From a virus (Duplodnaviria; Caudoviricetes): a stretch of 64,000 nucleotides of DNA. Each line of letters starts with the position of its first letter. The stretch's first letter is position 1. The position numbers were made by a program, and so were the translations under genes. Below are positions 51,013 to 61,144 of this stretch, piece by piece. A model generated the notes under the pieces. It did no database searches. It was not told the origin of the DNA and was given only the letters and a program-made list of their open reading frames with translations. The stretch is from the IMG/VR virus record IMGVR_UViG_3300044846_003573; one strand, 5' to 3'.

Positions 51013-52935
51013 TTAAAAATATTTACCTGTTACTCTTACATTTCCTGTTGGCTGACCTGTTGGTGAAATTGTTTCAGTAACTATAACACCTTCAATTTTA
51101 CCATTTTTAGTCCTTTCATTAAAAGATGCGGTAAAGACCGCAATTTTCTCAAGAGTACCTAAATCAGGTTCTCCATTAATACCTGGCCCTGTTTGTATAC
51201 CAAGTCTCTGCATTTGTAAAATATATTCTACAACTTCTTTTTGAGGTAAAACTCCCGGTAGATATTCAGTTAAATATAAAAATGGTGTTGGTAAAATATA
51301 TTTTCTAGGAATAGGGGTTAATTTTAATAAATTAAATATTGAATTAATTAATGATTTACAACTTCGATAATCATTAACCAAATTAACCACTCCTCTAATT
51401 ATTGCTTCAGTGTTGTCTAAAATCGCCTTAATAGCGTTTATTTTCATTTCATTTTTTGTATTAGATAAATCTAATATTATTGCTCTAACCAATCTAATAA
51501 TATCTTGTTTTAACTGAAGATATAGTGCTTCAACAAATAATGCACCTATCTTTGAAGTTGCACATATTATCATTTTTTTATTTTGTTTAGCGAATTGCAT
51601 CATTCCTGGGGAATTTGCTTCTATATCATTTACAATATTGTCATCTAAATTTGAAACTGTTGTTGAAAGAGCTTTAGACATAACCACAAAAGGTAAAAGA
51701 ACTTTTGGTGATAAAATAGACATCATTGCACCTTTAACAAAGTTTTTAATTATTCCTTGGTTCCAAGCGTAATCAAGAGAAATTCCTTGTAATTGCCATC
51801 TATCATCATTAGATAAGTTAAAATATATATCTTGAAATATGGAATTAATATTACTTCCGTCCTCATTAACTTCACTTATAGTGTCAAAAACATAATCAAC
51901 CTCACTGATAGGTAGTTGAACATTATTACAATCAATAAATTCAACATAACCTTGTCTTATGATAGAAATTTCGTTTTCAATTTGTGAAATTTCATTTGGT
52001 GTAAATTCAAAAAAGGTATCAGTAACATCATCGTTTTCAGGATATTTTGATATCCCCCCAACGTCTATTTCTTCATTAGAATCAAAACACATTCCTAAAA
52101 TTCTCTCAAGAATCCTTGTAAATTTTAACCAATCATTATATTTTGAAGGCCCTGTATTTGAGTTAAATTTTGTAATGTTTAAAATTAAATCAACTATTTT
52201 ATTTACAGCATTATTAAAATCTAACATTTTAATAGTTTTATAATAATCAATAATAAAATCTGTTACTCTATTTGGAGCATTTATTCTTTGATATAAAACA
52301 ACTTTGAAATAGTTTCCTTGGGTGACTCCGTTAAAAGTTTCAAAAGATATTTTGAATAATTCTTGTCCTGATGAACCGTAATAAACTTGTTGAACTGAAG
52401 GTGTTTGAATTAATTCGTATAAAAACCTATTAGTACTTCTTCTTGAAGATAATTGTTCGTATGGTGTTTTTTCATATATTGAAGCCCCAATAGAACTATT
52501 AGGGTTTAATTTAAGTTGGTTAAATAAATCAATTTCACTTACTTGAATATATAATTCTTGATTTGTTAAAAAAGTTTGTTCATTAGAACAATTTAATGAA
52601 CTAAAAACGCATTCTTGTATAATATTCTCAATTAAAGTTGGTAAATTTTGTAATTGGTCTTGTAATAGACCAATAAAAAAATCACTCGTTGGATTAGTAT
52701 TTGTCTGACTTACTAAATCAATTAATTCCTCAAATGAATTACTTGTTTTTTCTTTAATTTTTCTTGAAATTGTTGCGGAATCTAAATTTATTTGAATTTT
52801 GTCCGCTTTTTTTTGTAATCTATCAGTATTGTTTTGTATAAAACCGTCATAATCTTTTTGTACTTGCGTAAAAGTTTTGAGGGCTTTGGCTCTCTCCTTA
52901 CTTTCTTTAAAACCTTGTCTAATATCTTCGGCCAT
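51013..52935 (-). CDS. Large hypothetical (probably structural) protein
   Basis: 640 aa, translationally coupled in the late operon. Confidence 0.65.
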   Translation of the reverse strand: MAEDIRQGFKESKERAKALKTFTQVQKDYDGFIQNNTDRLQKKADKIQINLDSATISRKIKEKTSNSFEELIDLVSQTNTNPTSDFFIGLLQDQLQNLPTLIENIIQECVFSSLNCSNEQTFLTNQELYIQVSEIDLFNQLKLNPNSSIGASIYEKTPYEQLSSRRSTNRFLYELIQTPSVQQVYYGSSGQELFKISFETFNGVTQGNYFKVVLYQRINAPNRVTDFIIDYYKTIKMLDFNNAVNKIVDLILNITKFNSNTGPSKYNDWLKFTRILERILGMCFDSNEEIDVGGISKYPENDDVTDTFFEFTPNEISQIENEISIIRQGYVEFIDCNNVQLPISEVDYVFDTISEVNEDGSNINSIFQDIYFNLSNDDRWQLQGISLDYAWNQGIIKNFVKGAMMSILSPKVLLPFVVMSKALSTTVSNLDDNIVNDIEANSPGMMQFAKQNKKMIICATSKIGALFVEALYLQLKQDIIRLVRAIILDLSNTKNEMKINAIKAILDNTEAIIRGVVNLVNDYRSCKSLINSIFNLLKLTPIPRKYILPTPFLYLTEYLPGVLPQKEVVEYILQMQRLGIQTGPGINGEPDLGTLEKIAVFTASFNERTKNGKIEGVIVTETISPTGQPTGNVRVTGKYF

Positions 52936-53297
52936 TACAGATTAAATTTTTCAATATCTGAATTTATATCCTTTGAAATTAAACCTTGTAGGACATCATC
53001 ATCCATAGATGAAATATCAAAAGTTTCTTCTGAATTACTTCTTTTTTCCCATATACCTGATTGTAGTTTAGATAACGTAAGTTTTTTCTCAACACAATCG
53101 TTTATGATTTTTTGTTGTTTTTCAATAACGGGGCCTATTACAGTCATGTCTTCAGGCTCTTTCATCATAGAAATCATTTTATTTTGAATTCTAATTGCAG
53201 TAGAGCGTTGCTCGACTAATTCATTATAAATTTCCTGCATCAGAGCTAAAATAGAGTCCTGTGTAAAATTTATTTGTTTTTTTTTTGGTTTTGTCAT
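52935..53297 (-). CDS. Small coiled-coil late protein
   Basis: TATTTAT (53302-53308, - strand) 4 nt upstream. Confidence 0.7.
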   Translation of the reverse strand: MTKPKKKQINFTQDSILALMQEIYNELVEQRSTAIRIQNKMISMMKEPEDMTVIGPVIEKQQKIINDCVEKKLTLSKLQSGIWEKRSNSEETFDISSMDDDVLQGLISKDINSDIEKFNL

Positions 53298-53322
53298 ACT
53301 TATAAATATTTTATGACATTTT

Positions 53323-54060
53323 TTATTCAGGATTAACTTGAAGTAGAGCAGTATATATTTTTTTGAACTTTTTCATTGACGCTCTAATTTCTTTTGTTGA
53401 CATATTTGTCATCTCTCTGAGCGATAATAAAATGATATTTTTGTTAAATTTATTGTTATCAGTTGCTGGAAAAATAGTCTCATAATTTTCCATAATTTCA
53501 ACTAATGAAATACCCAATTTCATTTCACTTTCATTTAAATCATCAATTTCAATAGTTTCTTTAATATAGTCAATTAGTATCGGGATTAAATTAACTTCTT
53601 CAAGTGGCTCAACATCTAAATAATAAACCATTTCAGGAGAATTTTCTAAATCACCTGAAATATCTTCATAGGAAATTTTTCGGTTTTGTTCTTTTTGGTC
53701 TTTTAAAATTTGACCCATTAGATAATTTTTACAAATTGTGCCAAAATATGAATACGCCTTTTTTTCTTTAGAAGGACTAAACTTTTCTATTTTAGTCATT
53801 AAAAAAGAGTGAGTATCGGTATGGATTTCAATAAAATCCATATCTTTTCTGTATAATTTATATCTACGAATAATTGAAGAAATCATTTTATCCAAAGGAT
53901 GTCTCAAGTATTCATTATAAATCTTATTTTTTTCTTCAAAAGTAGAAGCGGTCAGAAACATTCTGACTGCGTTCTCTTCTCTTATATCAAAGTAATTTTC
54001 ACCGCTAGACTTTTTTTTCGTCGTAACGTTAATTTCTATTGAGCTCGCGCTTAATATCAT
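53323..54060 (-). CDS. Phage RNA polymerase sigma factor (T4 gp55-like late sigma)
   Basis: KFSPSKEKKAYSYFGTICKNYL resembles sigma region 2 and gp55 (AYFT.I..N.F); N-terminal NYF motif. Confidence 0.6.
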   Translation of the reverse strand: MILSASSIEINVTTKKKSSGENYFDIREENAVRMFLTASTFEEKNKIYNEYLRHPLDKMISSIIRRYKLYRKDMDFIEIHTDTHSFLMTKIEKFSPSKEKKAYSYFGTICKNYLMGQILKDQKEQNRKISYEDISGDLENSPEMVYYLDVEPLEEVNLIPILIDYIKETIEIDDLNESEMKLGISLVEIMENYETIFPATDNNKFNKNIILLSLREMTNMSTKEIRASMKKFKKIYTALLQVNPE

Positions 54061-54866
54061 TAAACGTTTTCAGTAACAAATTTTATGTTTCTGTCTTCAC
54101 TAAAAAAATATTCTTTTTTAGCTGAAGATACCCAAAACTTAACCTCATCCTCCTCAAGTTTGGTTTCACCATTTTTGTATTCCCAAAAAATAGAACCCTC
54201 TCTTAAATTAGTATGTTTGTAACCAATTTTAGGTATAGTCATAATTTTCGCTGAATTGTACGTTAAACGAAGTAACAATTCATAAACAAATGTTAATTTG
54301 ATGTTTGGTTTAAATCCACCAAAGTCCTCAATTAAAGATTTTTTAAATACCATTCCTGACGTTTGAAAATTTTGATATTGTAATAAAGTTTCATTTGTTA
54401 GATATCCCATTTCTTGTGAGAAATTAGCCGCAAATGTTGCTTCGTTTGTAAAACCTTGAAAAGTTAATTTATTATCTACCTCAACTACGATAGGTAGGAA
54501 TGCGTCAACATCAGAATATGAATCTAAATATTTTTTTACATTTTTAAACCAAATTTTTGAGTATTCGTCATCAACTTCTAAAATACTAACCCATTTAGTT
54601 TCAGCCTTTGTAATTCCAAAATTAACTTGGTTTGAAAAATTTGGTTCACCATCGAATTCAAAAGTCGTGACTGTAAGATTTTGAAAATCGTAATTTTCCA
54701 AATAATTTGATAAATTTTTATCTTTACCGTGAACTATAATTAAGTTTTTTGGTAAGAAATCTTGAGATAGTACAGACTCGATTGATTTTTTAAAAAAGTC
54801 TTCAAAATCTCTCATTACCATATTCTTAATAGGTAATATAACACTTAAATCTAAAATATTTTCCAT
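54060..54866 (-). CDS. Glycosyltransferase family 2
   Basis: LSVILPI, NFSNQVNFG, ILEVDDEY (DxD-like). Confidence 0.8.
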   Translation of the reverse strand: MENILDLSVILPIKNMVMRDFEDFFKKSIESVLSQDFLPKNLIIVHGKDKNLSNYLENYDFQNLTVTTFEFDGEPNFSNQVNFGITKAETKWVSILEVDDEYSKIWFKNVKKYLDSYSDVDAFLPIVVEVDNKLTFQGFTNEATFAANFSQEMGYLTNETLLQYQNFQTSGMVFKKSLIEDFGGFKPNIKLTFVYELLLRLTYNSAKIMTIPKIGYKHTNLREGSIFWEYKNGETKLEEDEVKFWVSSAKKEYFFSEDRNIKFVTENV

Positions 54867-54870
54867 AATA

Positions 54871-55929
54871 TTAATTTTCAATTAATTGTAGTTTATTTAA
54901 TTCAGTTTCAAAATTTTCTTTTATAACCTGAAGGTAACCTTCAAACGTTGATAAAATTGTCTTTTCAAATTTTTCTACGTCACTGTATTTTTCCGCAGTT
55001 TCAACACCATTTTTGTAAAGGTTTTCAGAAACATTATCCTCTAACCAATTTTGAACAAAATCTGCAACATAGTCTACAAGTTTTATTTCATCTTGTATCC
55101 AAATTCCATTTTCTTCACTCAACCAACTTGGGACTAGTTTTGGAACTATACCCATAACCGCGACACCACTTTTCATAGATTCTAATGGGAAGGTACCAAA
55201 AGAACTAATTCTATCATTCCATACTGACAACATAGATTCTCTTAACGAACTTGCAAATTCTTCTTGGGATAGACCTCTTAAATCACGGAAAGTAATCCAT
55301 CTAAACTGTGGATACTTTTGATAGAATGATTTAATAAAATTAATTGAATCTCTTTGTTCTCTAAACACAACCGAAATAATTGGTTTAACAGGTTTTTCAG
55401 AAACAACAAAATTCTCATCAATCACTGGCTCAATAACGTCAATAGCACTCATTCTCATTAATTTTGAGACATAATTTTTTTGTTCTTCTGAAGTTGTGAT
55501 ACACTTTGTAAAGTTAAATTGTTGCCAAGTTTGTCCAGGTTGGAGGGTCTCAAAAACATAATCATACGACTGTGACAATACAATTTTAGTACAAGGTAAG
55601 TTTGTTAATTGACTCATAACATAACCAAAAATTTCAGGAATAATCATAAAATCTTCAGGAGCTATTTGTAAATTTTGTCCTTCTACTGATTGGTGAGGGA
55701 TGGAATCGTATTTATTACCTAACCAACTTTGTACTCCAAAGTAATTAGGTTTTTCATGTAAAATAATAACATTATAATCGGCATTTTTAAGAGTTAATGC
55801 CATATCATAAATGTATTTGATTGACGCTTTAGCATTCCCTAAAGTATCTTGAGCGAAAAAATAAATTCTTGATTTTTTTTCACTTAAATTTTTAATTGAG
55901 TCCTCAATTTTTTTAATTGTTTCTTCCAT
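54871..55929 (-). CDS. GT-B (GT4-like) glycosyltransferase
   Basis: IIPEIF, SFGTFPLESMKSGVAV (E-x7-E-like signature). Confidence 0.7.
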   Translation of the reverse strand: MEETIKKIEDSIKNLSEKKSRIYFFAQDTLGNAKASIKYIYDMALTLKNADYNVIILHEKPNYFGVQSWLGNKYDSIPHQSVEGQNLQIAPEDFMIIPEIFGYVMSQLTNLPCTKIVLSQSYDYVFETLQPGQTWQQFNFTKCITTSEEQKNYVSKLMRMSAIDVIEPVIDENFVVSEKPVKPIISVVFREQRDSINFIKSFYQKYPQFRWITFRDLRGLSQEEFASSLRESMLSVWNDRISSFGTFPLESMKSGVAVMGIVPKLVPSWLSEENGIWIQDEIKLVDYVADFVQNWLEDNVSENLYKNGVETAEKYSDVEKFEKTILSTFEGYLQVIKENFETELNKLQLIEN

Positions 55930-55932
55930 AAT

Positions 55933-56196
55933 TTAGTATTTTTGAATTATTTTATTATTTAATAAGGTATTAAAGGCTAGTTTAAATGGTATTGATGCAG
56001 ATGCTTTTTCACCTAAAGTTTCATCAACTTCTTCTGTCTCGCTTAAAATAACTTCTAACATCATTTTAATAATTTCATATTGAACTACCCCTATTTGTTG
56101 TTCTGTTGAACCAGATGAGTTTGGTGTGTCTATATTAATAATTGATTGGGCTGACTCTAAATCAATGTAATAATGTTCCCCCAGTATTTTTAACAT
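55933..56196 (-). CDS. Hypothetical protein
   Basis: 87-aa ORF within the operon. Confidence 0.65.
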   Translation of the reverse strand: MLKILGEHYYIDLESAQSIINIDTPNSSGSTEQQIGVVQYEIIKMMLEVILSETEEVDETLGEKASASIPFKLAFNTLLNNKIIQKY

Positions 56197-56788
56197 TCTT
56201 TAAATTTGTAATTATTTCGTCTAATTCTTTAATTTTTTCAATTGTTTTAGACGAGTTTATTTTTTCGTTATAAAGGGTTTTATATTTTATAACTTTGTTA
56301 TTGTAATTAATAAGAATATCAGGGTTAGAAGTAACTATTAAATCAAAATCATTCAGAATTTGATTTTTTGTTATTTCATTATAGAAAATTATTCTTTCAA
56401 ATTGACAACTAAACTTTGATAAAAAAAATAATGTAGCTGGTTTTGATTTTGAAATCTCATCGGAAATAATTGTAAATTCAATATCATTTCTATGTTTAAC
56501 ATAAATTTCATTTAAATCCGCAAATGTCATCATTTCACTTGATGGTGAGTGTCCAAAAATTTCCATAGGACAATCCTCAAACATAAAGGAAAACATTTCT
56601 TCTTTTGAAGGAAATAAAAAATGATTAAATAAATCTAAAGTATCGATTGGCTCAACTATTGAATATTCAAATTTGTTTTCATCTTCTTCAATACCATCTG
56701 TTGATTGAATTAAGAATTTATCGTAAACACTTTTAAATTTACTTATGGTATCTCTTAATACACCATTAACCTCAATTCCTATCTTCAT
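56162..56788 (-). CDS. HAD-superfamily 5'(3')-nucleotidase-like protein with degenerate motif I
   Basis: MKIGIEVNGVLRD versus canonical IGIDxDGV. Confidence 0.55.
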   Translation of the reverse strand: MKIGIEVNGVLRDTISKFKSVYDKFLIQSTDGIEEDENKFEYSIVEPIDTLDLFNHFLFPSKEEMFSFMFEDCPMEIFGHSPSSEMMTFADLNEIYVKHRNDIEFTIISDEISKSKPATLFFLSKFSCQFERIIFYNEITKNQILNDFDLIVTSNPDILINYNNKVIKYKTLYNEKINSSKTIEKIKELDEIITNLKNVKNTGGTLLH

Positions 56789-57512
56789 ATCTTTTTAATA
56801 TTTCAGTAATCAATGGATTTCTAACAACATCTTCATCTCCAAACTCATGAACTCCAATCTCGGAAATATTTTTAAATTTTTCAATTGCATCCCACAAACC
56901 TGAATGTTTTTTATCTTTATATCTGTCAGTTTGTTCTAAATCACCTGAGATAAAAAATTTACTGTCAGTACCAATACGAGTTAATAATAATTTCATTTGT
57001 TTTGGAGTGGCATTTTGAGCTTCTTCAAATATTAAAATAGAGTTATCAATATTCATCCCTCTCATGTAGGCTAAAGCAAAAACTTCAATAACCTCCATTT
57101 GTTTTAATTTTTCTCTCGCTTCTTTACCTATAATTTTATTTAAAAGATAATATGATGGGAAAATATATGGGTCTAGTTTTTCTTCAACGTTACCAGGCAA
57201 AGAACCAAGTTTTTCTTCTGCTTCAACTGCGGGTCTAACTATGATAATCTTTTCGTAAGGTGAAGTATGGTCAGCAATTAAATCAACCGCCGCTTTCATT
57301 GCTATAAAACTTTTACCAACACCTGCAGGACCTGAACAAATTGTAATTTGATTTCTAACTAATTTATCGTAATACTCTCGTTGACTTTGAGTTAAGAATT
57401 TATCCTTACTCTTTTTAATCATACCACTAATTTGGTCTTTCTTAGACATTTTTGGTTTAGAGTCAGTAGGAATATATTGACTGTCTTTACTAATTGTTTT
57501 TTTTCTTGTCAT
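56772..57512 (-). CDS. phoH: PhoH-family ATPase
   Basis: GPAGVGKS, RPAVEAEEKLGSLPG, YMRG, EEAQNAT, GDLEQTD, VVRNPL. Confidence 0.95.
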   Translation of the reverse strand: MTRKKTISKDSQYIPTDSKPKMSKKDQISGMIKKSKDKFLTQSQREYYDKLVRNQITICSGPAGVGKSFIAMKAAVDLIADHTSPYEKIIIVRPAVEAEEKLGSLPGNVEEKLDPYIFPSYYLLNKIIGKEAREKLKQMEVIEVFALAYMRGMNIDNSILIFEEAQNATPKQMKLLLTRIGTDSKFFISGDLEQTDRYKDKKHSGLWDAIEKFKNISEIGVHEFGDEDVVRNPLITEILKRYEDRN

Positions 57513-57515
57513 TAT

Positions 57516-58340
57516 TTAATTTGTGTATAACTTTTTTGAGAATAATTGCATTTCACTTATTTGAAATTCCAATTCAGGTATATCGTATTTTATATCAAAG
57601 ATTGTTGATAACGTTCTATCAACAATAGATTCTGAATCAACTGGATTAATTTCAATATTTAAATTGTATGAATTTGATAACATTTTAACTAAATCATATT
57701 TTGACACTTGAGTTGGTGAAATAAAATGTTTAGTTCCTTTCCAAAAATCTTTGTTATCTATAATTTTTTCTACTAATTTAGCCCATTCTAAACAAGTTAT
57801 ACCATTCCAAAAATGATTTAGAAACCCATTAACTTTATTATTTTTTTGACTTTTAACCCACTCAACTAAAGACCTGTGTTGATTAACCTCTTCACCAATA
57901 ATTGAAGTTCTTATTATTGTACAATTATTTGGTTCACCAATAGCTTTTGACATACCATACACATCATCAACATCATATTTATCGTTTTCGTTATATCTAC
58001 CTTTTTTACCTGAGTACACACAATCAGTTGTTGGGTGAATCATGTTCCATTCATTTTTTTCACAAATATTTGATAACATTCTTGGAAATACTGAATTAAC
58101 TAAAATCGCATTTAAATCTCCTAATTGGTCAACTCTAGGTTTAATTGTACCAATACAATTAATTATAACGTCACCTTTATTAACACCACTCTTTATCAAT
58201 ATATCTTCTATTGATTTTTCTGTTTGATGTGAAGCGTCAAGAATATCTCTATTAATTTCACTAACATTAAATTTTTCAGATAAATAACTGTATACATATT
58301 TACCTAACATCCCTTTTGAACCTAAAATATAAATTTTCAT
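57516..58340 (-). CDS. rmlD: dTDP-4-dehydrorhamnose reductase-like SDR
   Basis: LGSKGMLG, INCIG, HPTTDCVYSG, YGMSKAIGE, IRTSIIG. Confidence 0.85.
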   Translation of the reverse strand: MKIYILGSKGMLGKYVYSYLSEKFNVSEINRDILDASHQTEKSIEDILIKSGVNKGDVIINCIGTIKPRVDQLGDLNAILVNSVFPRMLSNICEKNEWNMIHPTTDCVYSGKKGRYNENDKYDVDDVYGMSKAIGEPNNCTIIRTSIIGEEVNQHRSLVEWVKSQKNNKVNGFLNHFWNGITCLEWAKLVEKIIDNKDFWKGTKHFISPTQVSKYDLVKMLSNSYNLNIEINPVDSESIVDRTLSTIFDIKYDIPELEFQISEMQLFSKKLYTN

Positions 58341-58364
58341 AATTTTTTTATTTTTTTTATTTTT

Positions 58365-58784
58365 TTATCTAAAATCTTCTTCCCATATATTCCAATTATC
58401 ATGTGGTAATCTTATATCGTCACCTAAACTTTCTTCTAATGATGTGGTAGAAAAGAAAATAACTGAAGTATTATCTTCTAAATTTTTAAAACCATTATAG
58501 TGATTTGGTGGGATAAATAATACTTTTGGTTGTTTTGAACTTAAAATATATTTTGTAACTTCTTCAGTTTCCATATTAACAATTCCAATAAGCGCAGTAC
58601 CACTAGATACATAAACATATTTTCCTTCTTTTTTATGACCATGCCATGCTCTTATAAATCCTTGTCTATGATTCTCAACTTGGTAAAATCTTTTTACATT
58701 TTCAAAATTGAAATCATTAACAAATCTAACCGAACCTCTATCATCAACAGAGATACCACCATTCATTAATTTTTTTGTGTCCAT
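58365..58784 (-). CDS. RmlC/FdtA-like sugar epimerase/isomerase cupin
   Basis: DDRGS, KRFY, RAWHGH, LFIPPNHYNGF. Confidence 0.8.
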   Translation of the reverse strand: MDTKKLMNGGISVDDRGSVRFVNDFNFENVKRFYQVENHRQGFIRAWHGHKKEGKYVYVSSGTALIGIVNMETEEVTKYILSSKQPKVLFIPPNHYNGFKNLEDNTSVIFFSTTSLEESLGDDIRLPHDNWNIWEEDFR

Positions 58785-59740
58785 AATAATTCTTTTTGAT
58801 TTTTTTTATTTGTTAAAAACGCTCCATTGTGGTAAACTTTATCTTCAGGGTTCTCAATTCTATTTTCTTCAAATAAAGTTACCATTCTTAATACCTCATC
58901 CTCAACGGTTGTAATTGGTTTATATTTAAAAACTTTTAAAGATTTTGAATTATCAACACGATAATTTCTAGCATCTTGAAAAGATATTTCAGTGTACGTT
59001 ACTTTAGTATTAGGTACTATTTTAGCGACACGTTCACCTAGTTCTTTAATTATAACATTTTCTTTTGATAAAACAAAAATTCCTGGGTACTTTTCTTTAC
59101 ACGCCTCTGTAATATATCCTGCTATATCTTTAACGGCAATTATTGGTCTCCATTGTTCACCACCATTAATAGTTATAGTACCTTCTTTTACCGCCTTCAT
59201 AGTTAATACATTAACAACTAAATCCATTCTAATTCTAGAATATGTGTCACCAAGACCAAATACAGTTCCTAATCTAAAAATTGTCCCATTTTTGTCTAAA
59301 ATGTGTTTTTCGGCTTTAAGTTTTGTTGATGCATATGATGATAATGGATTTGTTTCACTTAATTCATCTAATATACCATCTTGAGCTCCGTAAACTGAAC
59401 ACGTAGACATAAAAATTAAATGTTTATCGGGTGAAACAATATCACAAAAATTTTTAATAGAATTATAATTAATTTCTTCAGTTAAAAATGGGTCAACACT
59501 ACAAGCCGGGTCACCAACTAAAGCAGCCATTAAAACTATAATATCAAAATCTTTAGATACTTCATAAAGTTTATCAGTATCTCTAATGTCTCCATAAATA
59601 AAAGAAACATCTTTTAAATACCTATTTTCATATAATAAATTATCGTAAATAGTTATATCAAACCCTTCTCTAATAAGATAATCTGATGTTAATCCTCCGA
59701 TGTAACCGGCACCACCTACTAATAAAACTTTTTCTTTCAT
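58766..59740 (-). CDS. NAD-dependent nucleotide-sugar epimerase/dehydratase
   Basis: GGAGYIG, STCSVYG, YASTK (YxxxK). Confidence 0.88.
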   Translation of the reverse strand: MKEKVLLVGGAGYIGGLTSDYLIREGFDITIYDNLLYENRYLKDVSFIYGDIRDTDKLYEVSKDFDIIVLMAALVGDPACSVDPFLTEEINYNSIKNFCDIVSPDKHLIFMSTCSVYGAQDGILDELSETNPLSSYASTKLKAEKHILDKNGTIFRLGTVFGLGDTYSRIRMDLVVNVLTMKAVKEGTITINGGEQWRPIIAVKDIAGYITEACKEKYPGIFVLSKENVIIKELGERVAKIVPNTKVTYTEISFQDARNYRVDNSKSLKVFKYKPITTVEDEVLRMVTLFEENRIENPEDKVYHNGAFLTNKKNQKELLWTQKN

Positions 59741-60267
59741 TATTTTATAAATTTATTTACTCTTCTTTCATTAGAGCGTCTAATTATTGTTAGCCCCGCT
59801 TCTGATACAGGTAATGTTAAAACATCCATATCAGGATAATTTTCTTTTAACCAGTCAATCATTTTATATGAATCACCACAACGTAATTCGCTTAGATATT
59901 CTTCTGATATTGGGTCAGTATCGTGTAAAATTATCATACCAAATTCATTAAGTAATCTTAATGACAATTCAAAATCTTTTTTAACCGATTCAAAAGAATG
60001 GTCAGCGTCAATAAAAATAACATCGACCTTTTCATTAAAATTATTTAAAAATTCTTGAGTTGTTGATTGATGAAACTCACCAATATTTTTATGTATTCTG
60101 ATATCTTTAATATCTACACCTATAACTCTAGGAACTATTTGGGCAACACTTGCCATAGTCATACCGTCGTAAATACCTAATTCTAAATAAGTCTGACAGT
60201 TAATTGATTTAACTAATTGAATGATTAAATCTGAATGATGGGATTTTCCATATGCGAACATAGACAT
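59740..60267 (-). CDS. Class I SAM-dependent methyltransferase (Methyltransf_24-like)
   Basis: YLELGI..G, VIGVD, IFIDADHSFESV, IILHD. Confidence 0.85.
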   Translation of the reverse strand: MSMFAYGKSHHSDLIIQLVKSINCQTYLELGIYDGMTMASVAQIVPRVIGVDIKDIRIHKNIGEFHQSTTQEFLNNFNEKVDVIFIDADHSFESVKKDFELSLRLLNEFGMIILHDTDPISEEYLSELRCGDSYKMIDWLKENYPDMDVLTLPVSEAGLTIIRRSNERRVNKFIK

Positions 60268-60312
60268 ACTTTTTGTTTTAATTTATTATTGTTTATTTAT
60301 ATTTTTTTATGT

Positions 60313-61137
60313 TTAAAAAACAGGTATTGTTTCGGCTTTACATCCACCAAACCACCAAATACATTCTGAAAATGTACTAAGACGATTACACACCAACATA
60401 TCACATTTTGAAGCTATTAACATACTTGCGGCAGAATATTGCATCTGTGTAATGTTATCTGGTTTAGTATAAGTTATTACATTATAATCTTTTAAGTATT
60501 CCAAATACTCAGGTAAAACACTATCATTATCTGAAGTGAGAAAAATTGTTTTTACTTTTGGTAAGAATTTATCAATTGCGTTTTTATATGTTTCAAAATT
60601 ATAATCTCGAATAACTCCATCACGAATACTTGTACAGTATGGTGGGTCAAATTTATGTGTCCACGTTCTTATTTGAATTGTTAGTAACGGATATTCAAAA
60701 TTTTGCGAAATTCTATCAACCTCAGACAAAACTTCATTTTTCCATTTAATTTTACTAATTCCATTTTGTATCCTGTCATACACTGTATCAGATATAAGTT
60801 TTCTATCAAAAAACCAATCAATTGAGTGTGTTGAAAACAAATAAGAAAGTTTTTTATTTGCAATATTTGGGTGGTCACCTAATGATTTTGCGTCATTAAT
60901 TAAATCTGGTTGTTCACTTTCCTCTGATTTTAAAATAAGGAATCTTGCTGAAACAAATGACTCCCCAAATTCATGTGTACCATGACAAATTAAACTATCA
61001 TCTAAAATTTCATAATAATTAGCGTCAAAGTGAGCATCAAATCTTGGTAAGATATTAGTTTCCGCAATACTTAAAGCCGTGACAAAAGATTTAATAACAT
61101 TACATAAACCTGATTTTATTTCTACTGTGAATTTCAT
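60313..61137 (-). CDS. Putative fucosyltransferase-like GT-B enzyme (GT11/GT23/O-FucT-like)
   Basis: SGLCNVIK, TIQIRTW, IFLTSDN, C...STFSE..WW. Confidence 0.55.
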   Translation of the reverse strand: MKFTVEIKSGLCNVIKSFVTALSIAETNILPRFDAHFDANYYEILDDSLICHGTHEFGESFVSARFLILKSEESEQPDLINDAKSLGDHPNIANKKLSYLFSTHSIDWFFDRKLISDTVYDRIQNGISKIKWKNEVLSEVDRISQNFEYPLLTIQIRTWTHKFDPPYCTSIRDGVIRDYNFETYKNAIDKFLPKVKTIFLTSDNDSVLPEYLEYLKDYNVITYTKPDNITQMQYSAASMLIASKCDMLVCNRLSTFSECIWWFGGCKAETIPVF

Positions 61138-61144
61138 ATTTATT

